Assembly (NCBI GenBank): GCA_951406725.2
Contig: OX597815.1
Span: 82,212,001 to 82,276,000, forward strand
Length of the DNA: 64,000 nucleotides
Source: Octopus vulgaris
Taxonomy: Eukaryota
Reading direction: 5' to 3'
The notes below the pieces were generated by a model, which had not been told where the DNA came from, did no database searches, and saw only the letters and a program-made list of their open reading frames with translations. Shown here in pieces: positions 1 through 12,807 of this stretch (position 1 is the first letter of the stretch; every line of letters begins with the position of its first letter). The position numbers were made by a program, and so were the translations under genes.

Positions 1-68
1 TACATTGGTACATATACCCCACACTACACAAGTACTCACATATACTGGGACACGTACACATATAGATA

Positions 69-239
69 GGCGCAGGAGTGGCTGTGTGGTAAGTAGCTTG
101 CTAACCAACCACATGGTTCCGGGTTCAGTACCACTGCGTGGCATCTTGGGCAAATGTCTTCTGCTATAGCCCCGGGCCGACCAATGCCTTGTGAGTGGAT
201 TTGGTAGACGGAAACTGAAAGAAGCCTGTCGTATATATG

Positions 240-273
<34 letters not shown>

Positions 274-480
274 CGTTTGTGTTTGTCTACCTAGCATTGC
301 TTGACAACCGATGCTGGTGTGTTTACGTCCCCGTCACTTAGCGGTTCGGCAAAAGAGACCGATAGAATAAGTACTGGGCTTACAAAGAATAAGTCCCGGG
401 GTCGATTTGTTCGACTAAAGGTGGTGCTCCAGCATGGCCGCAGTCAAATGACTGAAAACAAGTAAAAGAGTAAAAGAGTA
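69..480 (+). mobile_element. tRNA-derived SINE family A (full length, internal (TA)n(TG)n microsatellite, (GTAAAAGA)n tail)
   Basis: A-box-like TGGCTGTGTGG and B-box-like GGTTCAGT head, CORE-like GGCATCTTGGGCAAATGTC segment and tandem tail; more than 10 homologous copies in the window. Confidence 0.85.
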
Positions 481-975
481 TAGATACATAGAGACACGTG
501 CATATACACCAAAACAAGCACACACACACAGATACATACAAAGGCACACACAAACACACACATAGACACACACATAGACACACACACACAGATGCAAACA
601 CATAGAAACACATCGCCACATATACATCAACACACTCTAATTTGCAGAAACAAAACAAACAGGATAACAGTGAGGTATTTATATAAAAGATCATTTTGAT
701 GAGAAGGGAGGGGGTTCCGAGTAGAGAAAGAAAGCGAGAAAGGAGAGAAAGAAAAATACAGAAAGAGAGAGAGAGAGAGAGAGAGTTAAAGAGAAGGATA
801 TGTAGATGGATAGGTAAAGAGAAAGAGGATGAGAGGAGGGTGGTGAAGAGTGGTGGGGATGGGCTGACTAATTAGTTCTTTCAATAAACAATTTATTATA
901 ATTTTGGTTTTTGCTTCCAAACCTAATGTTTGTGTTGTCTTGTGTTGTATGTATCTGTCTCTCTTTCCCTCCACA

Positions 976-1066
<91 letters not shown>

Positions 1067-1096
1067 ACACTTTCTTTCTCGCTCTCTTTCTCTCTT

Positions 1097-1127
<31 letters not shown>

Positions 1128-1165
1128 ATTATGTATACACACACACACACACATGTGTATAGAAA

Positions 1166-1552
1166 GCGGCGGTGTGGTAAGAAGCTTGCTTCCGGGTTCA
1201 GTCTCACTGCGTGGCACAGTGGGCAAATGTCTTCTACTATAATCCCAGGGGCCAACTAAAGCCTCGTGAATAGATTTGGTACACAGACTGAAAGAAACCC
1301 GTCGTATATGTGTGTGTGTGTGTGAGTGTGTGTGTGTGTGCGTGCGTGTGTCTTTGCGTCTTTGTTTGTCCCCCTACCACCGTTTGAAAACCTGTGTGAT
1401 GTGTTTCTGTCCCTGTAACTTAGCGGTTCGGCAAAAGATACCGATAGAATACGTATTAGGCTTTAAATAATGAGTCGATACATTCAACTAAAAAGTCTTC
1501 AAGGCGGTGCCTAAGCATGGCAGTAGTCTAATAACTGAAACAAAGAAAAAGA
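1166..1552 (+). mobile_element. SINE family A, diverged copy
   Basis: Colinear similarity to 69-480. Confidence 0.8.
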
Positions 1553-1573
1553 AGAAATATGTAGATCCATAAA

Positions 1574-1607
<34 letters not shown>

Positions 1608-1622
1608 AAATATATGTATAAG

Positions 1623-1656
<34 letters not shown>

Positions 1657-1872
1657 CTAATGTAGAATAAAATATTTTTCGAAAAAAATTTTATCAATGG
1701 CCAGCATATCAAAAAATACCTTTAAAGGTTAAATTTATAAACAACTTATAAAATAAGGGCAAAAGAAAAATTCTAATGCCAAATATACCGAAAGAAAGAC
1801 AAAATTGTCACTAACCATTATAATTTATGCGTCTCGAAACATGTCGATAGAAATTTCTAAAAAATTCCGTTA

Positions 1873-1933
1873 TTACCGTATTGGTCCCAATTTCGGGGTT
1901 AATTCATAACAATTTTCCCCTCGTCAGCGATAA
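1873..1933 (-). ncRNA. Minimal type I hammerhead ribozyme (mirror copy)
   Basis: Reverse complement reads UUAUCG-CUGACGA-GGGG..CCCC-GAAA-UUGG-GA-CCAA-UA-CGGUAA. Confidence 0.75.
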
Positions 1934-1993
1934 ATACGTAAGACATAAATGAAATACTCATACTCATAAGTATTTCATTTATGTCTTACGTGT

Positions 1994-2054
1994 TTATCGC
2001 TGACGAGGGGAAAATTCTTATGAATTAACCCCGAAATTGGGACCAATACGGTAA
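1994..2054 (+). ncRNA. Minimal type I hammerhead ribozyme
   Basis: Stem I TTATCG/CGGTAA, core CTGACGA (2000-2006), stem II GGGG/CCCC, GAAA (2033-2036), stem III TTGG/CCAA, UH site TA (2047-2048). Confidence 0.8.
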
Positions 2055-2185
2055 TAACGGAATTTTTTAGAAATTTCTATCGGCATGTTTCGAGACGCAT
2101 AAATTATAATGGTTATTGACAATTTTGTCTTTTTTTCGGCATATTTGGCATTAGAATTTTTCTTTTGCCCTTATTTTATAAGTTA

Positions 2186-2271
<86 letters not shown>

Positions 2272-2394
2272 CATATTGTTATATTTCGGAATGGTCATTT
2301 TGCCAGTTTAGCCAATAAAAACACACGCACTATATATTTAGTGTTACTTTGCTTCAGTGTTATTTATTTTTTACATTAATCTTAATCTTATTTC

Positions 2395-2439
2395 GGCCAG
2401 AGTTCTTTCGTCACACTCCTGTGACCGCATCAGTGGTCC
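2395..2439 (-). ncRNA. Hammerhead-like motif, variant core CUGAUGC (mirror copy)
   Basis: Reverse complement of 3259-3303. Confidence 0.5.
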
Positions 2440-2781
2440 TTTGTTTTCTTCTTATTTGTGTCTCTCCTTACTAACCGTCAGCCATTTTGTATTTCTATTG
2501 TATGTCTTCATTTGCGCATGCTTATATCTCTATGCGCGTTTATGTTTATTTAGTGTGTGTATGTGGGGGATGCCTGTAATATTTGTATCTTCTGTTTATA
2601 TATGTTCATGTAATTTGTAATTTTATATGTTCATGTAATTTGTATGTTGTTTTTTTTGTTTTTTTATTTTTGTTTATTCTTATTTTGTTCATGTGTTTAC
2701 ATCCACCTATTATTATCATTACATATGCTTGTATGTACGTATAACAACAATACTAGTAATAATAATAATAAATTGAATCGG

Positions 2782-2841
<60 letters not shown>

Positions 2842-3258
2842 TACATATATAGTTATTTATTTCTAAACACAGATAAATAAACTAATAGAAATAAATAACT
2901 ATATATATATATATATTTTTTTTCTTTTTTTCGATTCAATTTATTATTATTATTACTAGTATTGTTGTTATACATACATACATACAAGCATATGTAATGA
3001 TAATAATAGGTGGATGTAAACACATGAACAAAATAAAAATAAACAAAAACAAAAAAAACCCAAAAAAAACAACATACAAATTACATGAACATATATAAAC
3101 AGAAGATACAAATATTACAGGCATCCCCCACATACACACACTAAATAAACATAAACGCACATAGAGATATAAGCATGCGCAAATGAAGACATACAATAGA
3201 AACACAAAATGGCTGACGGTTAGTAAGGAGAGACACAAATAAGAAAGAAGAAAACAAA

Positions 3259-3303
3259 GGACCACTGATGCGGTCACAGGAGTGTGACGAAAGAACTCTG
3301 GCC
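3259..3303 (+). ncRNA. Hammerhead-like motif, variant core CUGAUGC
   Basis: GGACCA-CTGATGC-G-GTCAC-AGGAGT-GTGAC-GAAA-GAAC-TC-TGGCC: stems I and II are present, stem III is minimal, and C replaces conserved A9. Confidence 0.5.
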
Positions 3304-3478
3304 GAAATAAGATTAAGATTAATGTAAAAAATAAATAACACTGAAGCAAAGTAACACCAAATATATAGTACGTGTGCTTTTATTGGCTAAACTGGCAAAA
3401 TGACCATTCCAAAATATAACAATATCTGTTTCAACACACGACTTCACATAAAAAATCTTGCACAACAAATATTTAAAC

Positions 3479-3530
<52 letters not shown>

Positions 3531-3533
<3 letters not shown>

Positions 3534-3954
3534 CCTTTACTTGTTTCAGACTTTTGACTGCGGTATGCTGGAACACCGCCTTTAGTCGAATAAATCGACC
3601 CCAGAACTTATTCCTTGTAAGCCTAGTACTTATTATATCGGTCTTTTTTGCAGAACCGCTAAGTTACGGGAATGTAAACACACCAACAGCGATTGTCAAG
3701 TGATGGTGAGGGTACAAACACAGACACACAAGCACAGACACATATACATGTGTATATATATATAAACACACACACACATACATATATATACATACATACA
3801 TACATACATACATACGACGGGCTTCTTTCAGTTTCCATCAGCCAAATTAGCTCAGAAGGCTTTGGTCGGCCCGAGGCTATAGTAGAAGAGAGCTTCTCAA
3901 GGTTTCACGTACTGGGACTGAGCCCGGAACCTACTTATCGCACAGCCACTCCTG
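3531..3954 (-). mobile_element. SINE family A
   Basis: Reverse-complement similarity to 69-480. Confidence 0.8.
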
Positions 3955-4332
3955 AGTTGACGCTGACTTGTTTGACATCAGACGTTATAACGTCTCTTTC
4001 CTTCTCACCCTTCTTTCCTGTCTGTATGTCTGTCTGTCTTTCTGTCTGTTTATATATGCGAGCATATTTGTCTTTATGTACATTGTAATGTCTTTCTCTA
4101 CTCTCAAGGCTCTCTCTCTCTCCCGCTCTCCCCCTCCTTCACACTTTCTATTTGAGTGTGTATTCTTCTTTGCGCGCGCGTGTATTTGTCTCCAGCACTA
4201 AAGAACGATTCTCACAAAAACAGTGTGAATATTCTTTCAGCCAAATCGTCAGCACCCACACAGCTGCGCCTACTCGTTTGATTCTGTGATGAAATACCCA
4301 ATGAAATACAAATTACCTTATAAATATTGATT

Positions 4333-4930
4333 TAAAATTTTGGCACAAGGCCAGCAATTTCGAGGAAGTGGGTAAGTCGATTACATCAACTGCCTGTGTC
4401 CAACAGATGAAATACCGATAAGCATTTTGTCCGGCATGCTTAACTACTCTGTCAGCTCATTGTCTTAAGAATCCTTTCTATTAAAGGAACAAGGACAGAA
4501 ATTACTTTTGGTGGAGAAGGGGGCTAATCGATTACATCAACCCAGTCTTCAACTGGTACTTATTTCATTGACCCTGAAAAATGTAAGACAAAATTGACCT
4601 CGATGAAACTTGATCTCAGAACGTAAAGATAGACGAAATACTGCAAAGCATTTTGCCCGACCTGCTAACGATTCCGCCAGCTCGCCGCCTTAAACTACTT
4701 TATAAATATTGATTTCAAATTTAGGCACAAGGCCAGCAACTTCGGGGGAGGAGCTAAGTCGATTACATTGACCGACCCCCAGTACTCAGCTAGTACTATT
4801 TTGTCGACCCCCAAAGGGATGAAAGGTAAAATGGACCTTGGCGGAACTTGAAGTCAGAACGTGAAGACGGGCGAAACGCCAGAAAGCATTTTTCCCGGCG
4901 TGTTAATGACTCTGGCAGCTGGCCGCCTTG
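4333..4930 (-). mobile_element. Three head-to-tail copies of SINE family B (Nin/Deu-domain-like)
   Basis: Repeated GGCACAAGGCCAGCAA..GTCGATTACATC..GGTACT..TCGACCC..CAGCTCGCCGCC blocks. Confidence 0.75.
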
Positions 4931-5440
4931 TAATACTTCATAAATATTAACATCATTCACCACCCATGTATTTGTCTTTAACATGCGTGAACGATCCTCT
5001 CTTTAAAATTGCGCCTGTAAAATGCATGAACCTTAAATGAATTTTGGAACAAAATGTTATGTTGGACATTAATGAGGTTTTTAAGATGAAGATCTCCAGC
5101 ATAGTGGAGGAAATATTCAATTGATCACACATTGATGCCTGGAATTTAACAACTGCAATTCGTTTCGGTTGATGCTCTTACTGGTGATTATTACTTTCTA
5201 GGATTAAGCTGCTCTTATTTATTGAATTAATTATATATTTTTCACAGACTCTCTTAATTAGGAAGTTACCGCTCAACAGCGTAGTGACTGCACGTTGTAA
5301 AGACTACACGTTTCATTAATATCCGATTGGTTGGCCTAATACAAATATCAGTAACTTTTTTTTTATGGAATAACCCACTCGACACTTTTTAACAATCTTC
5401 CATTGTTCGCTTGCATTTTATTACATTATATATCTTATGT

Positions 5441-5562
5441 TGGCCTGCTCGCTTAGCCAGCAAGGTGGCGTCATTTGAAGGCTAAAACAATGCGAAGCAC
5501 ATTGTGACCAGCGATGTGTAGCAATATCTGATAGCCTGGTCGGTCACGGTGATCACGGTGAT
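5441..5562 (+). mobile_element. Probable retroposon 3' tail fragment ending in (CACGGTGAT)2
   Basis: GC-richer island ending in a short tandem tail; family not assigned. Confidence 0.35.
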
Positions 5563-7800
5563 CTTACGTATAAAATTCTCCTCGCATTTCCCCCATTTCT
5601 CTTGCCAAAAAATAAATGGTAAGTCAGAAGACCATGCTTGGTCAGATTTGCTTATTCACCTACTGCTGGATCCATCCACCACTCACTCCCTGAAAACATT
5701 GTAGCCAAAATATGACGTGTGACATTGGCTATGCTAGATTTTGCAAAGCAATTTATTGTAAAATGCTTCGCATTGACTTAAGATTTCACACTAATTTGGT
5801 GCAATAAAACAGCTGAAGAATGAGCAGAAATAAATACCTTAAAATTTGCAATATATTTCGATATTTTTGAAGACAAATATTTTCTATATTTTCGAAATGG
5901 TGTAGATCTGGAAGAAATTGTACTAAAATCGATATGTGGTCGAAATTTAACCCTTTTAACATATCTTTACTTTTAACATATCTTTCTGGGCATTCTGAAT
6001 ACTTTTGAAAGCTTGCTTTCGTTTAACTTTCGTGAAAATAGTCCACCAAACAGCATCAAATGCTCAAATACCAGCAACTAAACTGAAACATTTTTGGACA
6101 GGATCCGACATCCACAAAGAATATCCCAATGATCCACTTATAGGATGTAGTTCACTTGTTGTCGAATTCTGGTTTAACTTTTATGTAGCAGACATAATAT
6201 ACTGATCAATTTAACATCACTATATGCTCTTTGTGTGTCATTAGCCAAATTCCCTTTTCTGCAAGTATTCAGACTCCAACCCTTCCACCCAACCCGCTTT
6301 TTTTGTAGACATTGATTTGATCAAGCAACGTATCGGCTACATCAATCTTCACTAGTCTTGAGGCGGGCCTATAAATGTCAAACAAGGAAAACCTAACATC
6401 AATCATTTCATATTAGAATTTCACGAAATTTATAAAGGAATTTTGGCGTTATGCTATTTTATACATTTTAAGTTGTATAAAAGCAAAAAAAAAAAAAAAA
6501 ATGGTGAGAGGAAAAAACGAAAAAATCAGACCAAAAGAACAAACCAAATCAGCCTCTGCAATCCCCATCAACTCTCTCTTTATTTTGTATCTTGTAAAGA
6601 AATTAAAAGCCCTTCGTTCTACTGTAAACATAACTTTAATATTATTTTAAGCATTACCGTTTCATTGTCTTTATTTGTAAACAATGTGACATAATTGAAT
6701 TTTGTAAACGATTATTAAATTAAATGTTTTGTAAAAAAACATACAGAAATTGTATTAATAGCACAAAAATATCTAAAATAAAAAGTATTAAGTTGTAAAT
6801 AGTTTTGTCTTGTATTTTAAACGTTTAAAAAATCGTAGTTAACTTTTAAGTTTATGGGAAAAATTTTAGCTACAATAGTGAAATCTCGAAATTTGTAAAC
6901 AAATTTTAATGTCATGAATACTTCTCCTCCTGCCTTCCTCCTCCACACTTCTTCTCATAAAATTGTTTTGTACTGTAAAAAAGACAAAAAACAAACAAAC
7001 AAACAACAAAAGCAAAATACAAAAAGCAAAGACAAAAGATAGAAAGTAATCCCTTTATACATCCTGTATTCTGATAGTGAATCTTTCAGAGGTTGTCGTC
7101 TGTTTTCATTTTTCCAAATGATATTCCACTGAGCAAAGTTGTACTAAGCGTGTATTGTTACATTACTGTCGACGAATTTGTCTGGAAACTTACATTCCCA
7201 CCACCTACCGTCCATTGATAGTAATTATGTGAAGTGTCCACGTTAAGGCAGCAAGTACTACAGGAATTGTTAGTTCATAATATGCAATAACGTGATGCAT
7301 TTGCACAATTCTTCTATCATAAACTACAAACTGAGTTCATTATATATTGATCGGTTAATGATTGATTATGAAGGAATCGGTTAATGATTAGTTATGAAAG
7401 CTGGTTATTCAGGCAGAATGATACGCACTGTCGGCAATGAGCTTGTGCTGCCGAACCAGCTAGTTACATTTGCGGTCGAAAATGAAATTTTAACTTTTCA
7501 AAGGTTCTACTTAGTGTACGGATGGATGGTGGAATTTGTTTGGTGTAATTGTTAAAATATTGATTTCTCACACCGGCACATGACCACATATTTGTAGAGA
7601 AAGAAATTTGGCACAAGTTTGATTCCATTCTGATACATGCCCCCATAATTGTCTATCTTTCAAAAATTTATTTACCTGTGATATGTAATAGCAAGAGTCC
7701 ATGTTGGTGGTATTTGAATTCAAAAACTAGTAGGTGTTTAAGCATGAATGTGCTAGCTATTGACAGATGAATAGATAAATTGATAGATAGATATATAGTT

Positions 7801-7938
7801 GGCATCTTGGGTAAGTGTCTTCTACTATAGCCTCGGGCCGACCAAAGCCTTGTGAGTGGATTTGGTAGATGATAACTGAAAGAAGCCCGTCGTATATATG
7901 TATATATAAATATGTGTGTGTATGTATATATGTATATA

Positions 7939-8017
<79 letters not shown>

Positions 8018-8199
8018 CCCCTAGCATTGCTTGACAACCGATGCTGGTGTGTTTAAGTCCCCGTCACTTAGCGGTTCGGCAAAAGAGACCGATAGAATAA
8101 GTACTAGGCTTACAAAGAATAAGTCCCGGGGTCGATTTGTTCGACTAAAGGCGGTGCTACAGCATGGCCGCTGTCAAATGACTGAAACAAATAAAAGAG
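7801..8199 (+). mobile_element. SINE family A, 5'-truncated
   Basis: High similarity to 141-470. Confidence 0.85.
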
Positions 8200-8352
8200 A
8201 AAGAGAGAGAGAGAGAGAGAGTTAGATAAGTAAATAAATAAGATAGATAGATAGACAGACAGATAAATAGGTTGAAAGATATATATATATAATAAATATT
8301 AGGGATATTATTTATATCTTAAAAATATTGATTATATTTTAGATATTTAAAC

Positions 8353-8416
8353 CACCTGATGAATGACTGCGACTCAAAAATTTGAAGAAGTTAGCAGGCA
8401 TGAAACGATCGTAGTG
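8353..8416 (+). ncRNA. Minimal type I hammerhead ribozyme with palindromic stem III
   Basis: CAC-CTGATGA-ATG..CAT-GAAA-CGATCG-TA-GTG, inside an AT-rich unit (about 8290-8540) between (TA)n tracts. Confidence 0.75.
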
Positions 8417-8542
8417 TGATATTAATTATATTTTTTTAATAATTTTGTTATATATTTAAATAATATAATTTAAATAATCTTATTTATTGGCTTAAGTTTT
8501 TCAATGTTTGATTTGCCTAATAGTGGTTTTGTCTCTAATTTA

Positions 8543-8648
<106 letters not shown>

Positions 8649-8752
8649 ATCAGGAAGCGAGAAAAAAATCGCCGTTATATTTACTGAGAAACTTGCAGAA
8701 AGGAGGAGAGTCAAGTTGAGGATTTATAAAGAAGAAAAACAAATAAATTGAG

Positions 8753-8789
<37 letters not shown>

Positions 8790-9379
8790 CAGAGGGAGAG
8801 ATGGTAGGAAGCTGTTGCTCTTTCGCAAGGTCACTTCATTTGTGGGACGGGGTGATATTGGACTGGGGACAGCAAAATTTCGACAGCAGCGAGAGAACAG
8901 CGTTAATAGTGGATGCGAAGCAAGAAGGGTCAGCCTGGGAAAGAGAAAGAAGAAAGGAGCGCATCATGAATGTAGAAGGGAGAGGAGAAGGTATGGATGT
9001 CAGAAAGTGTGGAGTGGGGAAGAATAAAAGGGTAGCAATGTTGTGGTAGAATGAAGGGAAGGATTAAGGGGTTCTGGGTTGATGGAGGGGAGGTTTGTTG
9101 TACATCCCATCCACCTTTGCCCTACTGTTCTCTCTATCCATCCATCCATTCATCCTTCCATCCATCCATATAACATTGTTGACAAGATAGGGAGGGGTTT
9201 CCGGGGAGAAGGTGACAGTAATTGTAGGGGAGACACGTATATATCACACCATTATCTCTTCACACGTACACCACCATAGTCAAACATTCACCCATCGTCC
9301 TCTTTCTAATTCCCGCTATTCCGACACGTACTTTATTACTAAGCCTACCACTACAGGCAGGTCTATCATAACGAACCAA

Positions 9380-9700
9380 CGATGGAGCCCTTACACGGTC
9401 GCTTAAGCTGCTAGAAATAGCAACCAAATCTCCCTCAATTGATACGTTAGAGTCTTAAAAACGGACTTACACATACACTGGCTCATGTAGCGCGGGGTAG
9501 ACACTGTCTAAACTACAGCGAGAAGGCTGTAGCTGACATCCCAATGATCATGTGTCTGCTGTTCCATGAAGGCTGATCTGGGCCTCTACCTTTGGCTTCT
9601 ACCTTTGGCGCTGAAAAATTCCTCTGCGCGGTTGCTTGATCTCTCAGAAATGAGCAGGCAAAATTTCCCTCAAATCACAAATTATATGAACAGAAAGGTC
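9380..9700 (+). repeat. Two degenerate copies of a dispersed repeat (CTGCTAGAAATAGCAGCCAAATCTCCCTCAAATCAC-like)
   Basis: Related sequence also at about 35320-35470 and 44465-44600. Confidence 0.45.
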
Positions 9701-10648
9701 AGATTAGAAAATGTGAACAAAATGCTCCTAAATAGATGTGAAAGATATAAATGAAATATCATCTATTAAATCTGCTCCTTCATCAGGATTAACATGGGGA
9801 CGATCAACCTATCAACATCACCCGACAAACGGTCCTCTCATCTTATTCCAGTTTCATCACAGTTACTGGTTTTCAAATTCTATGTGTTTTCTGTAATTGA
9901 ATATAATAATTTTTTTTTAACTCAGTCACAAAGCCAGAAATTTTGGGAGGCCTGAATAGCCGATTATATTCATCTAGTACTTAACTGATGTTTTATTTCA
10001 TCGGCCGTGAAAGGTGTAAAGCAAAACTGAATAAGCAGGATTTGAACTCAAAACATATAGAGCATGGCCGCATTCAAATGACTGAAACGTATAAAAGAAT
10101 AACGAATAAAATAATATATATATATTATTTACACACACGCAAGCTTTACACTCTTGTATGTATGTATGTATGTATGTATGTATGTATGTATGTATGTATG
10201 TATGTATGTATGTATGTATATTGGCGGTAAAGTTGTTGAAAAAGAATGTAAACAACGTCACCAGTACAAACAGAAAGGCAACATGTTACGGTTATCAAAT
10301 TTAACAAATAAATTATCATTTTCACATAAGTGACTACCAGGATTCATAATTATACTGTTTTATGGTATATTTCGTTGCTATAAAACAGCACTGCTTTGAA
10401 TTTTTGAAGTCTTTCCAGAATTCCCGAGATGTCGAGTAAATAATACTTCATGAAGAAATGAGAGAGCCCAAAATTACTAACACTAATTAAGATGACTTAA
10501 TTGCTGTTTTATACTATATTTTATAAACAATAAAATAATACTTTAGAATTTTTATGAGTCATTCGAGAAGTTAGCATGCCGTTTCTATGTGCTTACTTCT
10601 TGTACCGTACCGGATGTGGCTGCCTACATACACATCTAACATTACGTG

Positions 10649-10700
<52 letters not shown>

Positions 10701-10791
10701 TGTGTATGTACATATACACACACATACATATATATTTATATATATACACAACACATTTATCTATCAATATATGCATTATCAATTTCTCTTT

Positions 10792-10939
<148 letters not shown>

Positions 10940-11136
10940 ATTATACACAAATGCTGATACAGAAGCTAGTACAGCCATTATACGATACTACTTTGAAGTA
11001 TACTTATCTTCCTCTCATTTTCTGTATACTCCTCTCCTCCTCTTCTTGCTCCTCCTTTCCCTCCCCGCTATTCCCATTTTTCCAGTACTCTCCTTATTAG
11101 AAAACTACTTACTATTTCCCTTATATGAATCTAGTT

Positions 11137-11398
11137 GTATGTGCATGTGTGCATGTGTGCATGCATGCATGTATGCATGCATGCATGTATGTATGTATGT
11201 ATGTATGTATGTATGTATGTATGTATGTATGTATGTATGTATGTATGGATGGATGGATGTTTGTACGTACGCATGTATGTACGTAGGTATGTATGTGTAT
11301 ATGTATGTATGCATGTATGTATGTATGTATGTATGTATTTATGTATGTATCTCCTTGTATGTCTCTTCTGTTTTTTATGTATGTATGCAATGTATGTG

Positions 11399-11447
<49 letters not shown>

Positions 11448-11453
11448 ATGTAT
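11137..11453 (+). repeat. (TATG)n/(CATG)n compound microsatellite
   Basis: Directly visible. Confidence 0.9.
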
Positions 11454-11869
11454 GCGCGTTTGCTATTCATGATAGTTATCACATTTGGGCGAAGTCAGTC
11501 AGTAGCGATACAGTAGCGAGTCTCCTTCATGATTTATAGTGTTAAATTTATTGCTTTACAAATTTATTGCCATAACATTAAATTGCAGTCGACTCTGACC
11601 TTCCGGTTTTCCAAGGGCGGTAAAAGCACTCGCCACCTAGATTTTCTCATGTCACGGAGAAGGATGTGGATTGATCATCAAGTGAGAGAACTAGTTTGCG
11701 GATCAGGAAACATTCTACTTCAGAGATTTCATTGAAAAGTGACCTACCTTCTCCATTTTGACAAATCTTCTGACATCTTGACTGATCGGATTGCTAATTG
11801 GAACACTTGGGGAACCAACAGCTTGAACGATGACAATAATAATAATAGCAATATTATCATTACCGATTA

Positions 11870-12673
11870 AAGGCGGCGAGCTGGCAGAAACGTTAGCACG
11901 CTAAGCGAAATGCTTAACGGTATTTCGTCTGCTGCTACGGTCTGAGTTCAAATTCCGCCAAGGTCGACTTTACCTTTCATCCTTTCGGGGTCGATTAAAT
12001 AAGTACCAGTTACGCACTGGGGTCGATATAATCGACTTAATCCGTTTGTCTGTCCTTGTTTGTCCTCTCTGTGTTTAGCCCCTTGTGGGTAATAAAGAAA
12101 TAGAAATAGGTATTTCGTCTGTCTTTACGTTCTGAGTTCAAATTCCGCCGAGGTCGACTTTGCCTTTCATCCTTTCGGGGTCCATTAAATAAGTACCAGT
12201 TACACACTGGGGTCTATATAATCGATTTAATCCGTTTGTCTGTCCTTGTTTGTCCTCTCTGTGTTTAGCCCCCTGTGGGTAGTAAAGAAATAGGTATTTC
12301 GTCTACCGCTACAGTTTAAGTTCAAATTTTGCCGAGGTCGGCTTTGCCTTTCATCCTTTCAGGGTCGATTAAATAAGTACCAGTTACGCAGTGGGGTTGA
12401 CGTAATCAACTTAATCCCTTCCCCCAGATTTGAGGCCTTGAACTTCCAATAGAATGAATTACTATTATTATTATTAAGGTGGCGCGCTGACAGAATTTTT
12501 AGCACACCCGGCGAAATGCTAAATGGTATTTAATCTGTCGCTATGTTCTAAGTTCAAATCCCGCTGAGGGATTTTTGGCGTCGATAAATTAAGTACCAGT
12601 GAAACACTGGGGTCGATGTAATCGACTAGTTACCTCTTCCCAAATTTCAGGCCTTGTACCTTTAATAGAAAGG
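11870..12673 (+). mobile_element. SINE family B multimer (three fused units plus one following copy)
   Basis: Head GGCGGCGAGCTGGCAGAA, B-box GAGTTCAAATTC and central GCCTTTCATCCTTTCGGGGTCGATTAAATAAGTACCAGT repeated; internal units restart at GGTATTTCGTCT. Confidence 0.85.
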
Positions 12674-12719
12674 ATTGTTGTTGTTGTTGTTGTTGTTGTT
12701 GTTTTTGTTGTTGTTGTTG

Positions 12720-12793
<74 letters not shown>

Positions 12794-12807
12794 GTTGTTG
12801 TTGTTTT

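Larger units (their letters stand above)
1655..2184. mobile_element. Penelope-like pLTR-derived inverted duplication (arms 1743-1958 and 1969-2184, 10-nt loop)
   Basis: Arms of about 216 bp are near-perfect reverse complements, each carries a hammerhead motif, and the unit is flanked by (TA)n. Confidence 0.75.
2274..3424. mobile_element. Long inverted duplication (arms about 2274-2785 and 2927-3424) of a second Penelope-like pLTR-type element
   Basis: Arms of about 500 bp are reverse complements (ORFs 2357..2620+ and 3141..3341- give nearly the same peptide); each arm has a hammerhead-like motif. Confidence 0.7.

Noticed and set aside
11870-12460. CRISPR-like regularly spaced repeats
   Set aside because: Units are SINE copies of about 180-190 bp with no unique spacers, in a eukaryotic context with no cas genes.
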